Source: Dicyema japonicum
Taxonomy: Eukaryota; Animalia; Dicyemida
Assembly: GCA_011109175.1 (NCBI GenBank)
Contig: RDEW01000029.1
Coordinates: 158,158-222,157, forward strand
Direction of reading: 5' to 3'
DNA length: 64,000 nucleotides
Each line of letters begins with the position of its first letter. The first letter of the stretch is position 1. A program made the position numbers and the translations under genes. Positions 1 to 13,122 of the stretch are shown one piece after another. Below the pieces are notes generated by a model. It worked only from the letters and a program-made list of their open reading frames with translations, was not told the origin of the DNA and searched no databases.

Positions 1-746
1 TTTGTTTGTTTGAGGAATCGATAGGGGCTGCTTATTGCCAACTACTACACAGAGCATATCCAAGTAAGTAACTGGCACGTGATTTAGATGTCGTGCCTAT
101 CAAACGAGTGGCCTTTTCCTCGACAAAAGACTTTGAATATTCCTCAAATTACAATATTTTGAAAAATGGTCTAAAAAACCTAAAGATTGATAAAGTCATA
201 TTTACCATTATTTTTAGTCCATAGATTCCCGCCGACTAACGGATGGGTGTTACCAAGATCATTTGAGCTTCCTTCAGTGGTTCAAGCATCTGCTTGACAG
301 TCTCAATATTTACAGTGATGAGGACTACGATGCTCTGGCAGTCCGGGGAAACCAATATCTTGGATCTCCACCAAGTCTGTTCAACGTTTCAATTCAAAGA
401 CAAAAAAGTATCTTCAAAAAAGATGAATAAAACAAGTCTGATGAACTCGAAGACCAAAATGAGTAGTCAATCCTTAAAAAACTTTGAGGAACATAAACTG
501 CAGTTGAAAGTGAACGAACTGACAGAACAGGTTGGCTTCTTTTAAACTTTCCCGAAGATGAAGAAATTGTACGACGAGGGCTGTCTGGTTGAGGACGAAA
601 GGGACTTTTATTACCAAAAACTGGGATCCATCGAAAGATTAATCCACCGAGTCGTGTCGTGCAGTAAAGTCAACCCAACCTCTCTGCTTACTGAACTTTA
701 TGACATTTTGTATGAAGGTCAACTATCGGATCAGGAAGTTGACTAA
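1..746 (+). CDS. MAPRE: EB1/MAPRE-family microtubule end-binding protein (5' end outside window)
   Basis: Splicing introns 64-87, 195-217, 375-399 and 531-557 (24/23/25/27 nt) gives a continuous frame. CH-domain motifs GAAYCQLL...IKRVAF...YQDHLSFLQWFK and C-terminal ERDFYYQKLGSIE...LYDILY match the EB1 family. Confidence 0.9.
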
Positions 747-1942
747 GGCAGCTGTTACAGTTTTAGTTGATCCTTTGTCCTCTTTAAAGTTATGGTCATG
801 ATTCCCTATAATCTCACATCGACTGGTAATCAACCACAGTCATATCTAATCATAGCGATAAGGGCTGCTATCCTTTATAGACGATCTACGTTCCCCACGT
901 ATTATCTATCGAACGTTTCTAAAGTTTAACTGAGAGCTGTTAAATATGTAGTTGCATTGAAGTTTTATTTCTTTATCATCCCTCCCGTCGAGGAGAGTCG
1001 TGTTTCCGTTACTTAAACCTCCATTTATGAGGACAAACTATTAAGAAATGAATGAAAGGTTTTGTTAATGGAAGAATGAGGACAGGTCATCGGGAGTGTT
1101 CTTACTCTTCCTTTTCGGTTGCTGTGAGTCAATTTTTGGGGACCCCTAGATTTAGAAGATAAAAAATAGGAACCCTAATTTTTAACATTAAAATTTATTT
1201 ATACTACACTAATGTTTTTGCAACTAAAATTTGGAGTATCATTTTGTAAGCTATGAACTGTCAATTTTCTCACAATGTTCTGTCTCCCCTCAACCGGCAT
1301 GTTCTTAGAAGTATATTTCAATTTAGAGTTTGTTTTAAATGCAAAATCAATGTGAATTCTGTCCTGCATATTTATTAAAAGATTTGGGATCTCTGGTCTT
1401 CTGCTACAGATGGTCACACGCATGTTGTCTTCAACCCGAAGACGATCCCTATATCTGTGAGATGTAGCCTCAAATTTGGTCAAAATTTAATTTTTTTACT
1501 ACCATTCACAGGTGCCGCTGCAAAAATATCTGATTTCCTCATTCCACATAGTCTTGGATCAAATTAGAAAATTTATGGCAGGGGTAACTTACAGAAGCCA
1601 TTCTTGAAGTTTTACTTGTTTTATCATGGAACTGGAAAGTTTTTTTTGATCAACAAATCGACATTCGGAAAGATTTTGTAAATACACGAATGTGTGATTT
1701 TTGCTGCAAATTTTTCTAAAATCAGAAGATATTCTAAAGACGTTGATCTTCTTATTTCTCCGATAGAGGCTGTAACAATCAAAAACAAGACAAAGGAGAA
1801 AATTTATTGAACTTGACTACCCCCGAAATGTTTCTGCCCAGAAGGGGAAATTAGCTTAAGTAGTTGGACATTTATCAGAATTAACTATAAAGAAATTTAT
1901 CGGAGATATTATGTCAACATTGTGTACACGTCAGTGTCATAA

Positions 1943-2175
1943 GGATGGTAGTATAATGGTTCCGGGTTTGAATATCCCTGCTGTACGTTCCAGCTATAGA
2001 TTCCACAAATCTATGGTGCCTTGGACGCTGTCGTCGATGAATGCTTCACAGCGGAAGCGGGTCGTCTGAATAGGATCAGAAATCATTTCCTGGTTCTTTC
2101 CTCCCTTTCAACAATATAACTGTTTTTTACTCAAACTGAATGTGTCCTGCCTATGCGGAGCTATACATATTAAGG
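1943..2175 (+). mobile_element. SINE family A, degenerate copy
   Basis: A-box-like TAGTATAATGG and degenerate B-box GGGTTTGAATATCCC. The 3' part GTGTCCTGCCTATGCGGAGCTATA matches the reverse complement of the copies at 12809 and 40910. Confidence 0.65.
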
Positions 2176-2286
2176 TAATCGTTAAAGACTGTTTTTATTA
2201 CCCAAGAAACTTGTTTTGCTGTAGAATAACATATTCAAGAATTGTATTTCAATGACGATTTGGGAAATATTTTTTTGTAGATAAGT

Positions 2287-2590
2287 ACACCGCCGCGTGG
2301 CCCATGTGATGCTACGTGGCTAATTGGTTAAAGTTTTCTGATTGTTTTGTTTGTTCCTCCTCTTTCTTCCTATTTGAGTGGCGCCCAGTATCAGGCCGGC
2401 ACGAAAAAAGATCATTTGCTCTCCCCCACTCCACTGGAGGAAATTCCACAACTGCAAGTATGTACGTCTTACCCTTAATGCTGATTCCGAATGGACTCTG
2501 TTTCCGTGGAAGTGGAAACTGGATACACTTAATTAGTTGTTTACTTTAACTTCTTTCTCGGTGTATCCGGGGTTAATAAATTAATTTTTA
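2287..2590 (+). mobile_element. SINE-like family B, long copy
   Basis: About 300 bp, clearly similar end to end to 48217-48540. Shares the head ACGTGGCTAATTGG and core GCGCCCAGTATCAGGCCGGCAC with the other family B copies. Confidence 0.6.
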
Positions 2591-2629
2591 TTAAAAACCC
2601 AACTTTATTTAACCAACATAAATTACGTG

Positions 2630-2985
2630 TCGACACGCTTTGCCCGTCCAACATTGTCGGGAGCGCGGTAGACACACTGTATGCCGCGGAAAAAACGACG
2701 AAGGCAAAAGAAAGAAATACGAAGCGCTACGCGACCGATTCGCGTTTTATCAGATTATATAAGTAGAAAAATAAGTCGAAAGAACTGGAGGAATAAGTCG
2801 AAAATTGCTTCGCTTCCTTGGACGCTTAGCTACACTAAAAAGCCACAACGCATGTGAGACCCGGTGGCTTCTCCAGTTGATCTCTGTTGCAATCGTGAGG
2901 CAACGCAACGTCGATAATGTCGGTGGGGTCCACTTTGGATGGATGGCAGTGTTAAATAAAAAAATAAATAAATTAAATTGTAGAT
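2630..2985 (+). mobile_element. CRE-type non-LTR retrotransposon 3' end (restriction-like endonuclease tail)
   Basis: Translates DTLCPS...AAEK..KE..KRY and LRFLGRLA...ETRWLLQLISVAIVR, matching the CRE-clade C-terminus. Followed by an A-rich tail. Confidence 0.5.
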
Positions 2986-3489
2986 AAGGCATATAGCATT
3001 CTTAGATGAACGTATATTGACATCGGATCTGACAGTCGTGGGTGGGAGAGTGGACTTTTCATCAAAAGTCAAAAAGATCGTACACCATTGAAAATTATCC
3101 TAATAGACCACGGGTTAATTTTTTAATAATTAAGCTGGTACACAGTACACTTAATGTCCTGTCTTGTCCCTCTTTCTTAATGGACTCAGAAGACATCGAT
3201 ATGCGATCTCCTAAGCATCGTTGGAGGAACTCTGTCAAGCCCACCATAAGAATGAACAGGGGAATTATTGAGGACCTTGCAGATATGCATTATTCCTAAT
3301 TCGTTTGCCAGAAGTTCATTCCTATGCATCTTATCGACATAGACCGCCTGCAAATGATCTACCGATATAACCTCCGATTTGTATGTACCACAATGTCAGG
3401 CTTATTGTGATCGACATCAACAAAAATCCGAATTTTTTTTTTTAACCCAAGAACACCAATAGTTAATTTAATTGTATTAAACTAATTAG

Positions 3490-4225
3490 GTGATCCCGGC
3501 CGCCTCCATCAGGTCTCTCATCTTTTTCCGGTGGACCTTCCGAGATCCAACACAGCTTCTCTGAGGACGGGAGGGTTTTGAAAGAAAATTAAGAGGGGTG
3601 ATGTAGAGTCTTCTAGNACAGCTTCTCTGAGGACGGGAGGGTTTTGCAAGAAAATTAAGAGGGGTGATGTAGAGTCTTCTAGTAAGACCCAATCCATTGT
3701 AGCATTGTAGGAAGTTGGATTTTCGGCACAGAGCGGCGAATCCCTTCCCATTTTGTCCGATAAGGTTTTCCAGAGAGGTGGGTGTGAGACTGACTGTTCT
3801 CACGAGCTTGCCGATAGTTATAGCTGATAGGGACTGAATATCACTGATTTTCTGCTTGATCGTCCAGGATAGGTTGATTCCCTAAGACGCACAGGCGTAG
3901 CTGATAGATGGCTCAATGAATTGTTTATGTAGTAGTTTCAATGCTGGGAGAGGAGTTCTGATGCCACCAAAAATAGATTTGATCAAACCAAGCTTTCTTG
4001 AGCAGGTTCCGGAGATATATTCGACATGAGGGGAGAAGGTCAGGTGCGTGTCAAAGGCGACTCCTAAGATTTTCAATTTCTTCGTAAAAGGTATTTTAGT
4101 TTGGTTAATAAATAAATCAACGGTCATTCTTCCAAGACGTTTGTCTGAGGTAAATAGGGATGTGGAGGACTTCTCAGGAGATATATCAAGTCTGTTGGAG
4201 ATTAACCAATTTTGAATCACGTGTA
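3490..4225 (-). mobile_element. LINE (APE-type) reverse transcriptase thumb and 3' end fragment
   Basis: NWLISNRLDISPEKS...LKILGVAFDTHLTFSPHV...SISYA is a typical non-LTR RT thumb. The end GGCCGGGATCAC recurs near 6670. Confidence 0.8.
3552..3682. repeat. 65-bp duplication across a single-n join
   Basis: 3552-3616 repeated at 3618-3682 with one substitution; n at 3617. Confidence 0.85.
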
Positions 4226-4336
4226 GTTGTTTTTGAACTCTTTCTGAGGTTTTTAGGCCTTTATTGTATTAAAATTAATTTATAAAAAATTATAATCTAA
4301 AATTTGATAAAATAAATTAAATAAAAAATAAATCAA

Positions 4337-4792
4337 ATGTCAATTTATTGCAATCTGTTTAAATCCTTGGAATTTGACTTTTTATTATTGATTGCAGTTT
4401 TTAATTTCTCTTATTTTCAGTTTTTAAACGTGGTTACCCTTATTTGCTACAATTTGGGTTCAAACGGAAAATCCGTGAACTTTGTTTGTACCTCAACCAC
4501 ATTAATTCAACTCGCATACTTTTTATTATTTTACTTCAACACCTTTAAAAAATTATCTCAGCACACGCTCTTTCGACTGAATGTGTTCATATATGGGAAG
4601 ATTATCATTGGCTACATATTCACTGTTTTCGTCATTGGAGGTGACATTCATCACTCTAAGGACGTCAGAACGGAAAGTCTCGTGATTGTGTCTCTGGTTA
4701 GTCCCTGTTTTATGTTGAAGGTTTTTTGCCTTTTGATCGCCATTTCTTACGTTGCCATTACTATTATAAAATATAAATTATATTTGAAATAA
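4337..4792 (+). CDS. small multi-pass membrane protein, family unknown
   Basis: 151-aa ATG-to-TAA ORF with about 4 hydrophobic segments, flanked by very AT-rich intergenic-like DNA. No recognised motif. Confidence 0.4.
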   Translation: MSIYCNLFKSLEFDFLLLIAVFNFSYFQFLNVVTLICYNLGSNGKSVNFVCTSTTLIQLAYFLLFYFNTFKKLSQHTLFRLNVFIYGKIIIGYIFTVFVIGGDIHHSKDVRTESLVIVSLVSPCFMLKVFCLLIAISYVAITIIKYKLYLK

Positions 4793-4858
4793 ATTGTGGA
4801 TTATTTTCGTTATTTTTGAAATTGCAAGTTTCATAGCACGCAAACCTAGATAATCATT

Positions 4859-5538
4859 ATTATTCACAGTATAATCTAACTTGGCGTGCCTTGATAGACC
4901 AACTCCTGGCAACTAGTTATGGAAGAATACTTCATGGCGGATGGAAAGAGTACCTTACGGGCAGTGATGGGAACGATTTGGATCTGGACGTCCTTAGGAG
5001 CGTCGACTCAACAGGAGGAGTAGGTAAAATCGTTTCGGTGGAGCACATGCGATCCAGAAAATCACGACAGTGAGGTATCCTCTGTTTTGGGAAGTTAAAG
5101 CATTTTTAAATTTCCTATTAAATTGAGACAAAATTTATAGACCTCGCTTATTAGGGAACTTTTTTAATTTTAAATGAAAAACTTTTTTTTAAATTAANAT
5201 TATTCACAGTATAATCTAACTTGGCGTGCCTTGATAGACCAACTCCTGGCAACTAGTTATGGAAGAATACTTCATGGCGGATGGAAAGAGTACCTTACGG
5301 GCAGTGATGGGGAACGATTTGGATCTGGACGTCCTTAGGAGCGTCGCACTCAACAGGGGGAGTAGGTAAAATCGTTTCGGTGGAGCACATGCGATCCAGA
5401 AAATCACGACAGTGAGGTATCCTCTGTTTTGGGAAGTTAAAGCATTTTTAAATTTCCTATTAAATTGAGACAAAATTTATAGACCTCGCTTATTAGGGAA
5501 CTTTTTTAATTTTAAATGAAAAACTTTTTTTAAAATTA
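4859..5538. repeat. ~340-bp duplication across a single-n join
   Basis: 4859-5197 repeated from 5199 with a few indels and SNPs; n at 5198. Confidence 0.85.
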
Positions 5539-5857
5539 ATTTTTAAATAAATAAATATTTAATTAAAATTCAATTAAATAAATAAAATAAATTTTAAGAC
5601 AAGGGAAATGTGGCTACTTGAATTGAAGATTCTTTTGTTTGTTTCTTCTGTTTCTCCTCTTCCCTTTTGGCTCAGGGAACTTGAATTGTTAGAGTCACGA
5701 TAAAGCATGTGGCTCACCATCACTGGTGACGGCAGATATAATCCTAAATCAGCGCTTCCCAATTCGTTTTGAGTTCGCTCCCCCAAAAATTTTAAAAACC
5801 AACCTCGCACCCCCGATTTTAAATCTAACAGAATTCGAAATTTATTCAAAAAATTAG

Positions 5858-6340
5858 TTAAATTTTTTGAGACTTTTCCTTCCTTTTAGTTTTAATTAAT
5901 TCTTCGAAACGTTGGTTTTTGTTTGCTAGTGCAATTCTGGGATCGTTTTCAGGGTTAAGAGCGTATTTATTTGTTACATATAGTAGAGATGAAAATCCCG
6001 ATTCACATAGCCAAGATGTTGCAAATGGGACCAGAACTTGCATGATTTTTTTGAAAGGGTCGGAAATCCAACTTGCGAACCGCACCAAAAAACCTCCAGA
6101 GAATTTGAGAAGTACAACATTTTCAGTGATTTGCATGCTTGTATTTCAATCAAATTGTCTTTATCCTCATCTCTATCGCCCATCATCTCAATCCAGGCAT
6201 CAGAATCTTTAACATTTTCAATTGAAAAATATCCATCAAATGAAGGTTTTAAGCCTTCAAGAAGATTCTTGATTTCTGTTTTAATAATTTTATCAAAAGT
6301 CGAGTTTGATTCAGTAGCCATCCAGTGTTGGAAAACTGGC
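5858..6340 (-). mobile_element. hAT (Buster/Charlie-type) transposase C-terminal fragment
   Basis: Frameshifted LIEIQ...FWC...FPTLSKK..VLVPFATSWLCESGFSSLL..NKY is the hAT dimerization region. Confidence 0.8.
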
Positions 6341-7751
6341 TAAATTATTGTCTTGAATACGTCGAGTCCACAACGACAGTTTATTCCTGAAGGCACGTAG
6401 ATGGTCAAGCATTAATAATGCTCATCTTTTTCCCTTGATTTGAAGTTAGATGATTTAAATGTCAAGAAAATTTGGAGATTTGAAACAATCAAGTAGTTCA
6501 GAGTTTTTTAAATAAAAATTGTTCGATTTCAAGTCTTAGAATAAAAAATCTTGCCTCAACTCGACCTCCTAAATTGTATCCAAAGGACCATTAGTCAACA
6601 ACCATCAAAGAAGTTTCCCTTGGACAGCACTTCCTTAAAGTCCGAGCATGCTAAGATTGCCGAGAGAGGCCGGGATCACATTAATTTTTTTCATTCCGGC
6701 TATGACGGTGTCATTCTGGTTCAATAAATTTAATTAAAACAAGAACTCCATGCGTTGCGCACCCAATAGGAGTTACCCCTCATGATTGCTGCCCAATATT
6801 CGGGAAGAGCCGTCGTGTCATTATTGGCTCTCCCTTTCCTATATGAGGTGGGTGTCTTCATCGGAGAGTTTCAAGTTATGATCTCTGTGTCAGTTCTTAG
6901 TTTCCATGTTACGGCAAGTCTTTTTCAGACATTCCCCCGATTTTGAAATATATGATAGGCACGTCGTTGGGGGTAAATTAGTGTTCTCCAGCTTGGACAT
7001 CTTGGAATTGAAGAATTCGTCATGACACAATGTTGAACACCAGACGACTAAGGATTGATCCTTGCATGTGACATTCAAAAAGCTCCTGGAATCTCCGCTT
7101 TTGTTACCTCGGGTTAAGGCGGAGTAGACAGTCGTTACTGGACATGGTCGGGCGGAAACTAAAATGCTACTCTCTCAGAAAGTCCGCATCCTTGACTAGG
7201 TCGGAGATTTTTTTAAAAGGATCCATTCCATCACTCTCGGTATCAAACAGATGAGGTAAATTGGGGGATAACTCTATAGATTCAAATAATTTATAAATTA
7301 TATATGTAATCTCCCGTTCCCCCTTCTCCCACGCTACCCTGTCCCTAATCCGCTGATTTTAATTCCTATTTGTCCTCAAAGTAATGGATTCTTCAATTTT
7401 TAAAAAATAAAAAATTAGTTTATTAGTCGTATTCACGATGTGATCTAATAATCTTGACATCGTTGACTGAGACAATCAGTCCTCGACTTATCGGACAGAA
7501 GAATATGGCCGTGTCATATCCGGTCTCAGTAAAGGCTGTAAAGTGAACTACAAGGCTCATCAATAGGTCAACCCACGTTGTCCAGTTTGATTCCAACGTA
7601 CAAGTTTGTTTTGATTCTGCGAGAATAGTTCAAGAGAGCAAAAAACTTGACGGTCCCTTAATGTAAGTTTAATGAGTAACCAGTGAACTTCTTTTGAGTG
7701 ATAACCCTGTCTCCGACTCTGAATTTTTCGCTGAATAGTTCATATTCTATC

Positions 7752-8128
7752 GAAAATGAGGGGTCCCTGCGCCAAATGTTGCGACGACTCCAAAAATTGA
7801 CGCAACTTAAGCATTTACACTCAAACGGGTCGTTCATTGTACTCGTCTTTTTTGTGCAATTTATATGTTCGGTAATTGGAATAAAAGTGCTCATTAGGAC
7901 CACCAAGACGTTGCCTAATTAGCGCAAATTGTATTGGTANGAAAATGAGGGGTCCCTGCGCCAAATGTTGCGACGACTCCAAAAATTGACGCAACTTAAG
8001 CATTTACACTCAAACGGGTCGTTCATTGTACTTGTCTTTTTTGTGCAATTTATATGTTCGGTAATTGGAATAAAAGTGCTCATTAGGACCACCAAGACGT
8101 TGCCTAATTAGCGCAAATTGTATTGGTA
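7752..8128. repeat. ~188-bp duplication across a single-n join
   Basis: 7752-7939 repeated at 7941-8128 with one substitution; n at 7940. Confidence 0.85.
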
Positions 8129-8768
8129 ACCATCAACAACAGAAAATTCGCTGTTGTCTGGTATTGAGAGACGTCTAGGTTGAGCCTCAATTAGCTGCTG
8201 AAAGGGGTTTAGTGAGGAGGCCATGTCTGTGATACTCAAGAAACTGGTTTCAATAAAGAGTAGCTTCCTTATTTTCATGTCAAAGGGATATCCAAAGTCT
8301 GAAAGGAAAATTCTGACAAAGACTTGAGAAATATAAAGTCGTGTGCTTTCGGGAGACTGTGCTGGATAGTGGATTTGAAGAACGTCGTAGAGACTGTCGC
8401 CTAACCTTCTTGTTTAGTGAGTCGAAGGACTATGGTTTGCCACATGGAATGACCCGGCCTCCAAAATATCCCGATACTGGATCATTAATGACAGTATTGG
8501 GGTACTACAACTAAAATAAATGATTCTCCCCCTCTAAAAGCTAGTCTATGCACCCCACAGTGAATGGACTGAGAAGAATCCTGAAGGAATTGACGTTTTC
8601 TCTATTGTACTGTGAATGTGAACATTGTGAGGATCTGAATGCCAAAGTGGGTACCAAAGCTGTGCGGAAGAAATTTTTTATGAGAAGGAATGTTAGGAGG
8701 AGAGGAAATCTGGAAGGAGGCTTACTTGCTAATTTCTGACAGGGGAATAATTTATTCACCTGCAACAC

Positions 8769-8942
8769 TGCTTTCAAGTACTCATACAGGGCGAAATAAA
8801 AGAGGATGACGTAGCTGTTAGTTTCTCATGTTGCACGTGGTTAGCCATGATCATGTGCTTTCAAGTACTCATACAGGGCGAAATAAAAGAGGATGACGTA
8901 GCTGTTAGTTTCTCATGTTGCACGTGGTTAGCCATGATCATG
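8769..8942. repeat. 87-bp direct tandem duplication
   Basis: TGCTTTCAAGTACTCATACAGG...GCCATGATCATG occurs at 8769 and 8856, with no n between them. Confidence 0.8.
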
Positions 8943-9053
8943 ACATAGTGGATGTGAACTAATAATAGTGGTTGACTGGTAGGATAATTTGGCTGGTTAC
9001 ATAGCTCTGGAATGACATAGCTATATGCGTAGTGTGACTGGTTATCCATAAAT

Positions 9054-10220
9054 TTGCTGTCTGTGTCTGCATCCAAGTCTCAGTTCACCCTATTTACTAC
9101 GGACAGGAAATTTAAAGGTGGAATTGAGATATTCCTCGGAAACATTCCCATTCCTTATACGCGAATTCAGAAAATCCTTGGATTCGACTCTCTTATGATG
9201 TTCTCAAGTCACATGGAAGAAGTGTCTTCGAAAATGGAACGTCCTAAAAGCTATCGTAAAGAAGAGCCCCTTCCCACCTACTGCATGTATCAGCAAACGA
9301 TATCTTCATGTTATTGTGCCGATTGAATACGCCTGTTCTGCTTGGAGATTCGCTCTTCCCTCTTCGAGGGTCGAACGTATGAACTCTCTCAGGCGGAAGA
9401 TCATGCGGCATATGCACTCAGACACCATGTCCATCCCCAGTCTTTTTTCAAAAACAGCTACATGGGAAATGTCCAGGGTTTCCTACGTTTCTGCAAGGAG
9501 CTAGGAAACCCATTCAGAGGAAGGGCGGCCCATGCGGAGGAATCCTGATCGTCATTAAAAAAGTGCACTCCAATAGAATTTCTCCGCAGAAATAAAAGAA
9601 GACACCTCAAGAATTCAGTTGGTTAGTGAATTGTGTGAGTGTACTTAAAGGAAGAAACTCCTAAGAGAGGAATCCCACAAGNTATACGCGAATTCAGAAA
9701 ATCCTTGGATTCGACTCTCTTGTGACGTTCTCCAGCCACATGGGGGAAGTGTCAACCAAGGGTCTTCGAAAATGGAACTTCTTATGGGCTATCATAAAGA
9801 AAAGCCCCTTCCCACCTACAGCTTATTTTAGCAAACTATATCTTCAAGTTATTGTGCCGATTGAATATGCCTGTTCTCCCTGGAGATTCGCTCTTCCGTT
9901 TTTGAGGGTCGAGCGTATGAACTCTCTCAGGCGGTAGATCAAGCGGCATATGTACTCAGACACCATGTCTATCCCCAGTCTTCTTTAAAAAACAGCTACA
10001 TGGGAAATGTCCAGGGTTTCCTACGTATCTGCAAGGAGCTAGGAAACCCATTCAGAGAGAGGGCGGCCCATGCGGAGGAATTCAGATCGCCATTAAAAAA
10101 GTGCACTCTAATAGAATTTCTTCGCAGAAATAAAAGAAGACACCTTAAGAATTCAGTTGGTTAGTGAATTGTGTGAGTGTACTTAAAGGAAGAAACTCCT
10201 AAGAGAGAAATCCCACAAGC
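9054..10220 (+). mobile_element. LINE RT C-terminal fragment, in two diverged tandem copies
   Basis: IPYTRIQKILGFDSLMMFSSHM...IVPIEYACSAW thumb motif. 9156-9681 and 9683-10220 are homologous, separated by n at 9682. Confidence 0.75.
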
Positions 10221-12479
10221 ATCTATTATTTAATGTTCTTTCCCGTCTCCGAGTACACCAAGTACGAGATCTCTGATATACGCTGACGACGTGCTACTGT
10301 CTGATGTGTCGAGATCGAACATGATCTCAGAGAGGAGACTCAATGTGTAGAATTTTGAATGAGACAAGTTTTCTCTCGTCCAAGAGCCCCGTGGGTACAG
10401 GAGAGGTTGCTCTCTTTTCGCATCCAAAATTGGGTAATATTTACAAATCTCGAGTAACAATCACCAAGCATCCACGTGAACTAAATGGCTTCGGAAGCTA
10501 TTGTCGGAGGAAACAGCATGGCCATTCAATCTCCCTGAATTAAGTGCTCTATGAAATTTTTTAATTAAAAATTTTGTGATTAAAAAAATTATTACAATTC
10601 ACTAGCCCACGTGAGTATTTAACTAGTCATGGTGGATGAGCAAACGTGGAGTAAATATGCGTAGAAAATGATTGACAAGAGAAGGTGGAAATTTGACAAA
10701 AAGGGATAAATATCGGGGAGTAATTTTTCGCGTGTGTTTTTATAGTCATTCTTATTTGCTCTCCCGATTTTGAATCACATTGAGAAATTTATTCTTATTT
10801 CGTCAATAAAAATAACTCCCTGATTTTCTTACGGTGATGTGGTGCGTATCTTAGACGTTCCTCTATAGTAGCTAGCGACAGGAACAGGTTGGATTCTTTC
10901 GAAGCTATTTCCTAGAAAACGGACACATTCTTCCGTTTTTTATTACAAAAAAAATTTTCAAAGTTATTAAAGTATTTTCTTAAGATTGAAAGTCAGATGA
11001 AGTAATTCTTTTTTTCCGTCCACGAGTATGGTCAAACAGTTAAAAGATCCCAGCCATCTTACATCTTTGTCCTCCATTGTGATTACCGCTGCCTGGAAGC
11101 GCCTCCTCTTGTATTTTCTGTGAAAAGAACTCATGGCTCGACCAACTATCCTTTTTCTGGAGTAGTGATGAGCAAGGCTGGTTTCTGCCTTCTTCACAAA
11201 GAGGGTTCCACTGAACAAGATAGAACATTGAATCGTATTTTTCGGAGTAAAGTCCCCTAATATGATCGACGCAGTGATCCTCCATTGACAAATTCGGAAT
11301 TGGCACTATTTTCGATCCACTAATCCTAGTGGTTTTTCCTAACCAGAACTATCACCCCCATCTTATCCACCCGTGTTATGGAAGGAGATGGCATAGCCGA
11401 GCGATAATATGCGTTATCTCAAAAAAGCCGGGTAGTAGTCCCTTGAGTCTTTTGAGGTTTGGTTTTGTTGGCCATATTGGCTCCTTAGTTGTAAACATTG
11501 GAGTCAAAGGATTCATCTTCGCAAGTTTTACTAAGCGACCTACACAACGAAGACATCTCCTCTTTACAGAAATAGGAGATGTGTCCATCCAACTCCCACA
11601 ATTTAATACATTTTGGTTACCAATTTCCATTATCTTATCAAAAATATCAAAAAATCATTAACATGAGTTAAATCAGCCCTTTTCTCCAAAAATTGAATTA
11701 AAAAAGATGTAAAAAACTGCCCCAATTTAAAATTGACTGTATTTAGACAAATTACTGGGAGAAGCGATAGCAAAATGGCTAACCGTAAAGTGCAGTAATC
11801 GACAAAAACAGCATTATTGTTGGCATTTAGGGTATTCCATGTTCCGTAGCCTGTCAGGGTCCTCCTCACCTCTGAGACGTCTCCCGATTTTCTTAAAATC
11901 TTCAAGAGCGATCGCTAGGGTTGTCCTTGGTCGACCACGGAAACGCGGAAAGTACAGAACAAAGTAATCCTCCATGCCTACGTTCAGGGGTCCCCAGGTC
12001 CATACGATATATAAAGTAAACTTTCTTAAATTTGCCAATTCTCAGATTTGCCATTTTTTTAAGAAATTTTCAATTTTTATTGGAAATTTATTTTTCCAAT
12101 CCAAGTCGTTGATATACCTGCGATCAAACTTATAACCTGGGTGAAACTGAGATTTTTTACAAGCTTATTCCATCCAATGACCGGAAGAAAAGTCAATTTT
12201 CCCCTCTCATTGCTTGCCATAGAATTTGGAAAATATTACAAAAATGCTACAGGAAAATTCAGCCAATGGATTTGGGAATTATTAAAACAAGTCCACTTTA
12301 ATAGACACAAATTGGAGTGTCTTACTGGATTATTGGAAAAAAACGTGTCAGTTTATGAATCATAAAATTTGAACCATAAAGACACAGTTCTATTTATAAA
12401 TGGACTGGGAAGATGTATTCCCTGAAACAATCGAAAATTGTTTTAAAATTCTAAAAAAATTAAAATAATTCCAAAGACC

Positions 12480-12680
12480 AAGGGTAACCAAACTAACTGA
12501 CTTCTTGATCCTGACTCGTTCCAGCGTTCCAGAACTTGTTTCCAGGTAACGGCCTTGTCCCCGGGGAAAGAATAGAGGATCCTTTTGATGTCGACCAGGC
12601 ATTGGGCGTCTCCTCAGTAAGTTGAATCCAATGATGCCGTTAAAAGGAGAGAAAATAATTTTTGACATTATATCCACATA
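12480..12680 (-). mobile_element. SINE-like family B copy
   Basis: Reverse complement contains the core CATTGGATTCAACTTACTGAGGAGACGCCCAATG...GGATCC. Nearly colinear with 52190-52385. Confidence 0.65.
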
Positions 12681-12808
12681 AGAAATATTAAGACGGATAT
12701 TCATGATCCGATTGAAATCGAAGAATTTATGTAAATTATTATGAAAAAATGCAATAGAAGAAATAAAATCATTATTTGATGATAATGAGATACTCATTTA
12801 CGAAGATA

Positions 12809-13122
12809 ATAATAATAGCCTTTTCACGAGAGCCATAGTATTTATAGCTTCGCATAGGCAGGATACACAATTATTTAAGGAAAGAACAGTTAATTTTGAC
12901 TAATCGTAGAACCAAGGAAAGATCTTCATTTCTTTTTCTTGTGTGAGTGTCCTTTCTAGACAATCCAGTTCCGCAGTGAGTATCCACTGATGACGGCGTC
13001 ACTCGTCAAACCCTTTTGGCATTGTAGATGCGTGGAACCTTCCACCAGGTGAACAGAAGCGAGAATCGAACCCGTAACCTAAGCCACTTAAGCCCGACAC
13101 CTAACCACTATGCCACCCGGCC
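12809..13122 (-). mobile_element. SINE family A, full-length tRNA-headed copy
   Basis: Minus strand begins GGCCGGGTGGCATAGTGGTTAGG (A-box) ... GGGTTCGATTCTCGC (B-box) and ends in a (TAT)n tail. Flanked by a near-perfect 10-bp TSD, TACGAAGATA (12799-12808) / TACGAAAATA (13123-13132). Confidence 0.85.

Noticed and set aside
1199-1780. Possible spliced gene on the minus strand
   Set aside because: Open frames and plausible GT-AG sites exist, but I found no recognisable motif and no unique exon chain.
7480-8450. Possible LTR integrase remnant on the minus strand
   Set aside because: Only vague H/C and PFQQL resemblance; catalytic motifs are not identifiable.
12985-13012. CTGATGA in the SINE A body as a hammerhead ribozyme core
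   Set aside because: No GAAA after a stem II, and it lies antisense to the SINE. Other CTGA(T/C)GA hits I checked (19455, 25711, 46861) also lack the hammerhead architecture.
13050-13122. Functional tRNA gene
   Set aside because: A and B boxes are present, but the acceptor and anticodon stems do not pair; it is the head of a SINE with TSD and tail.
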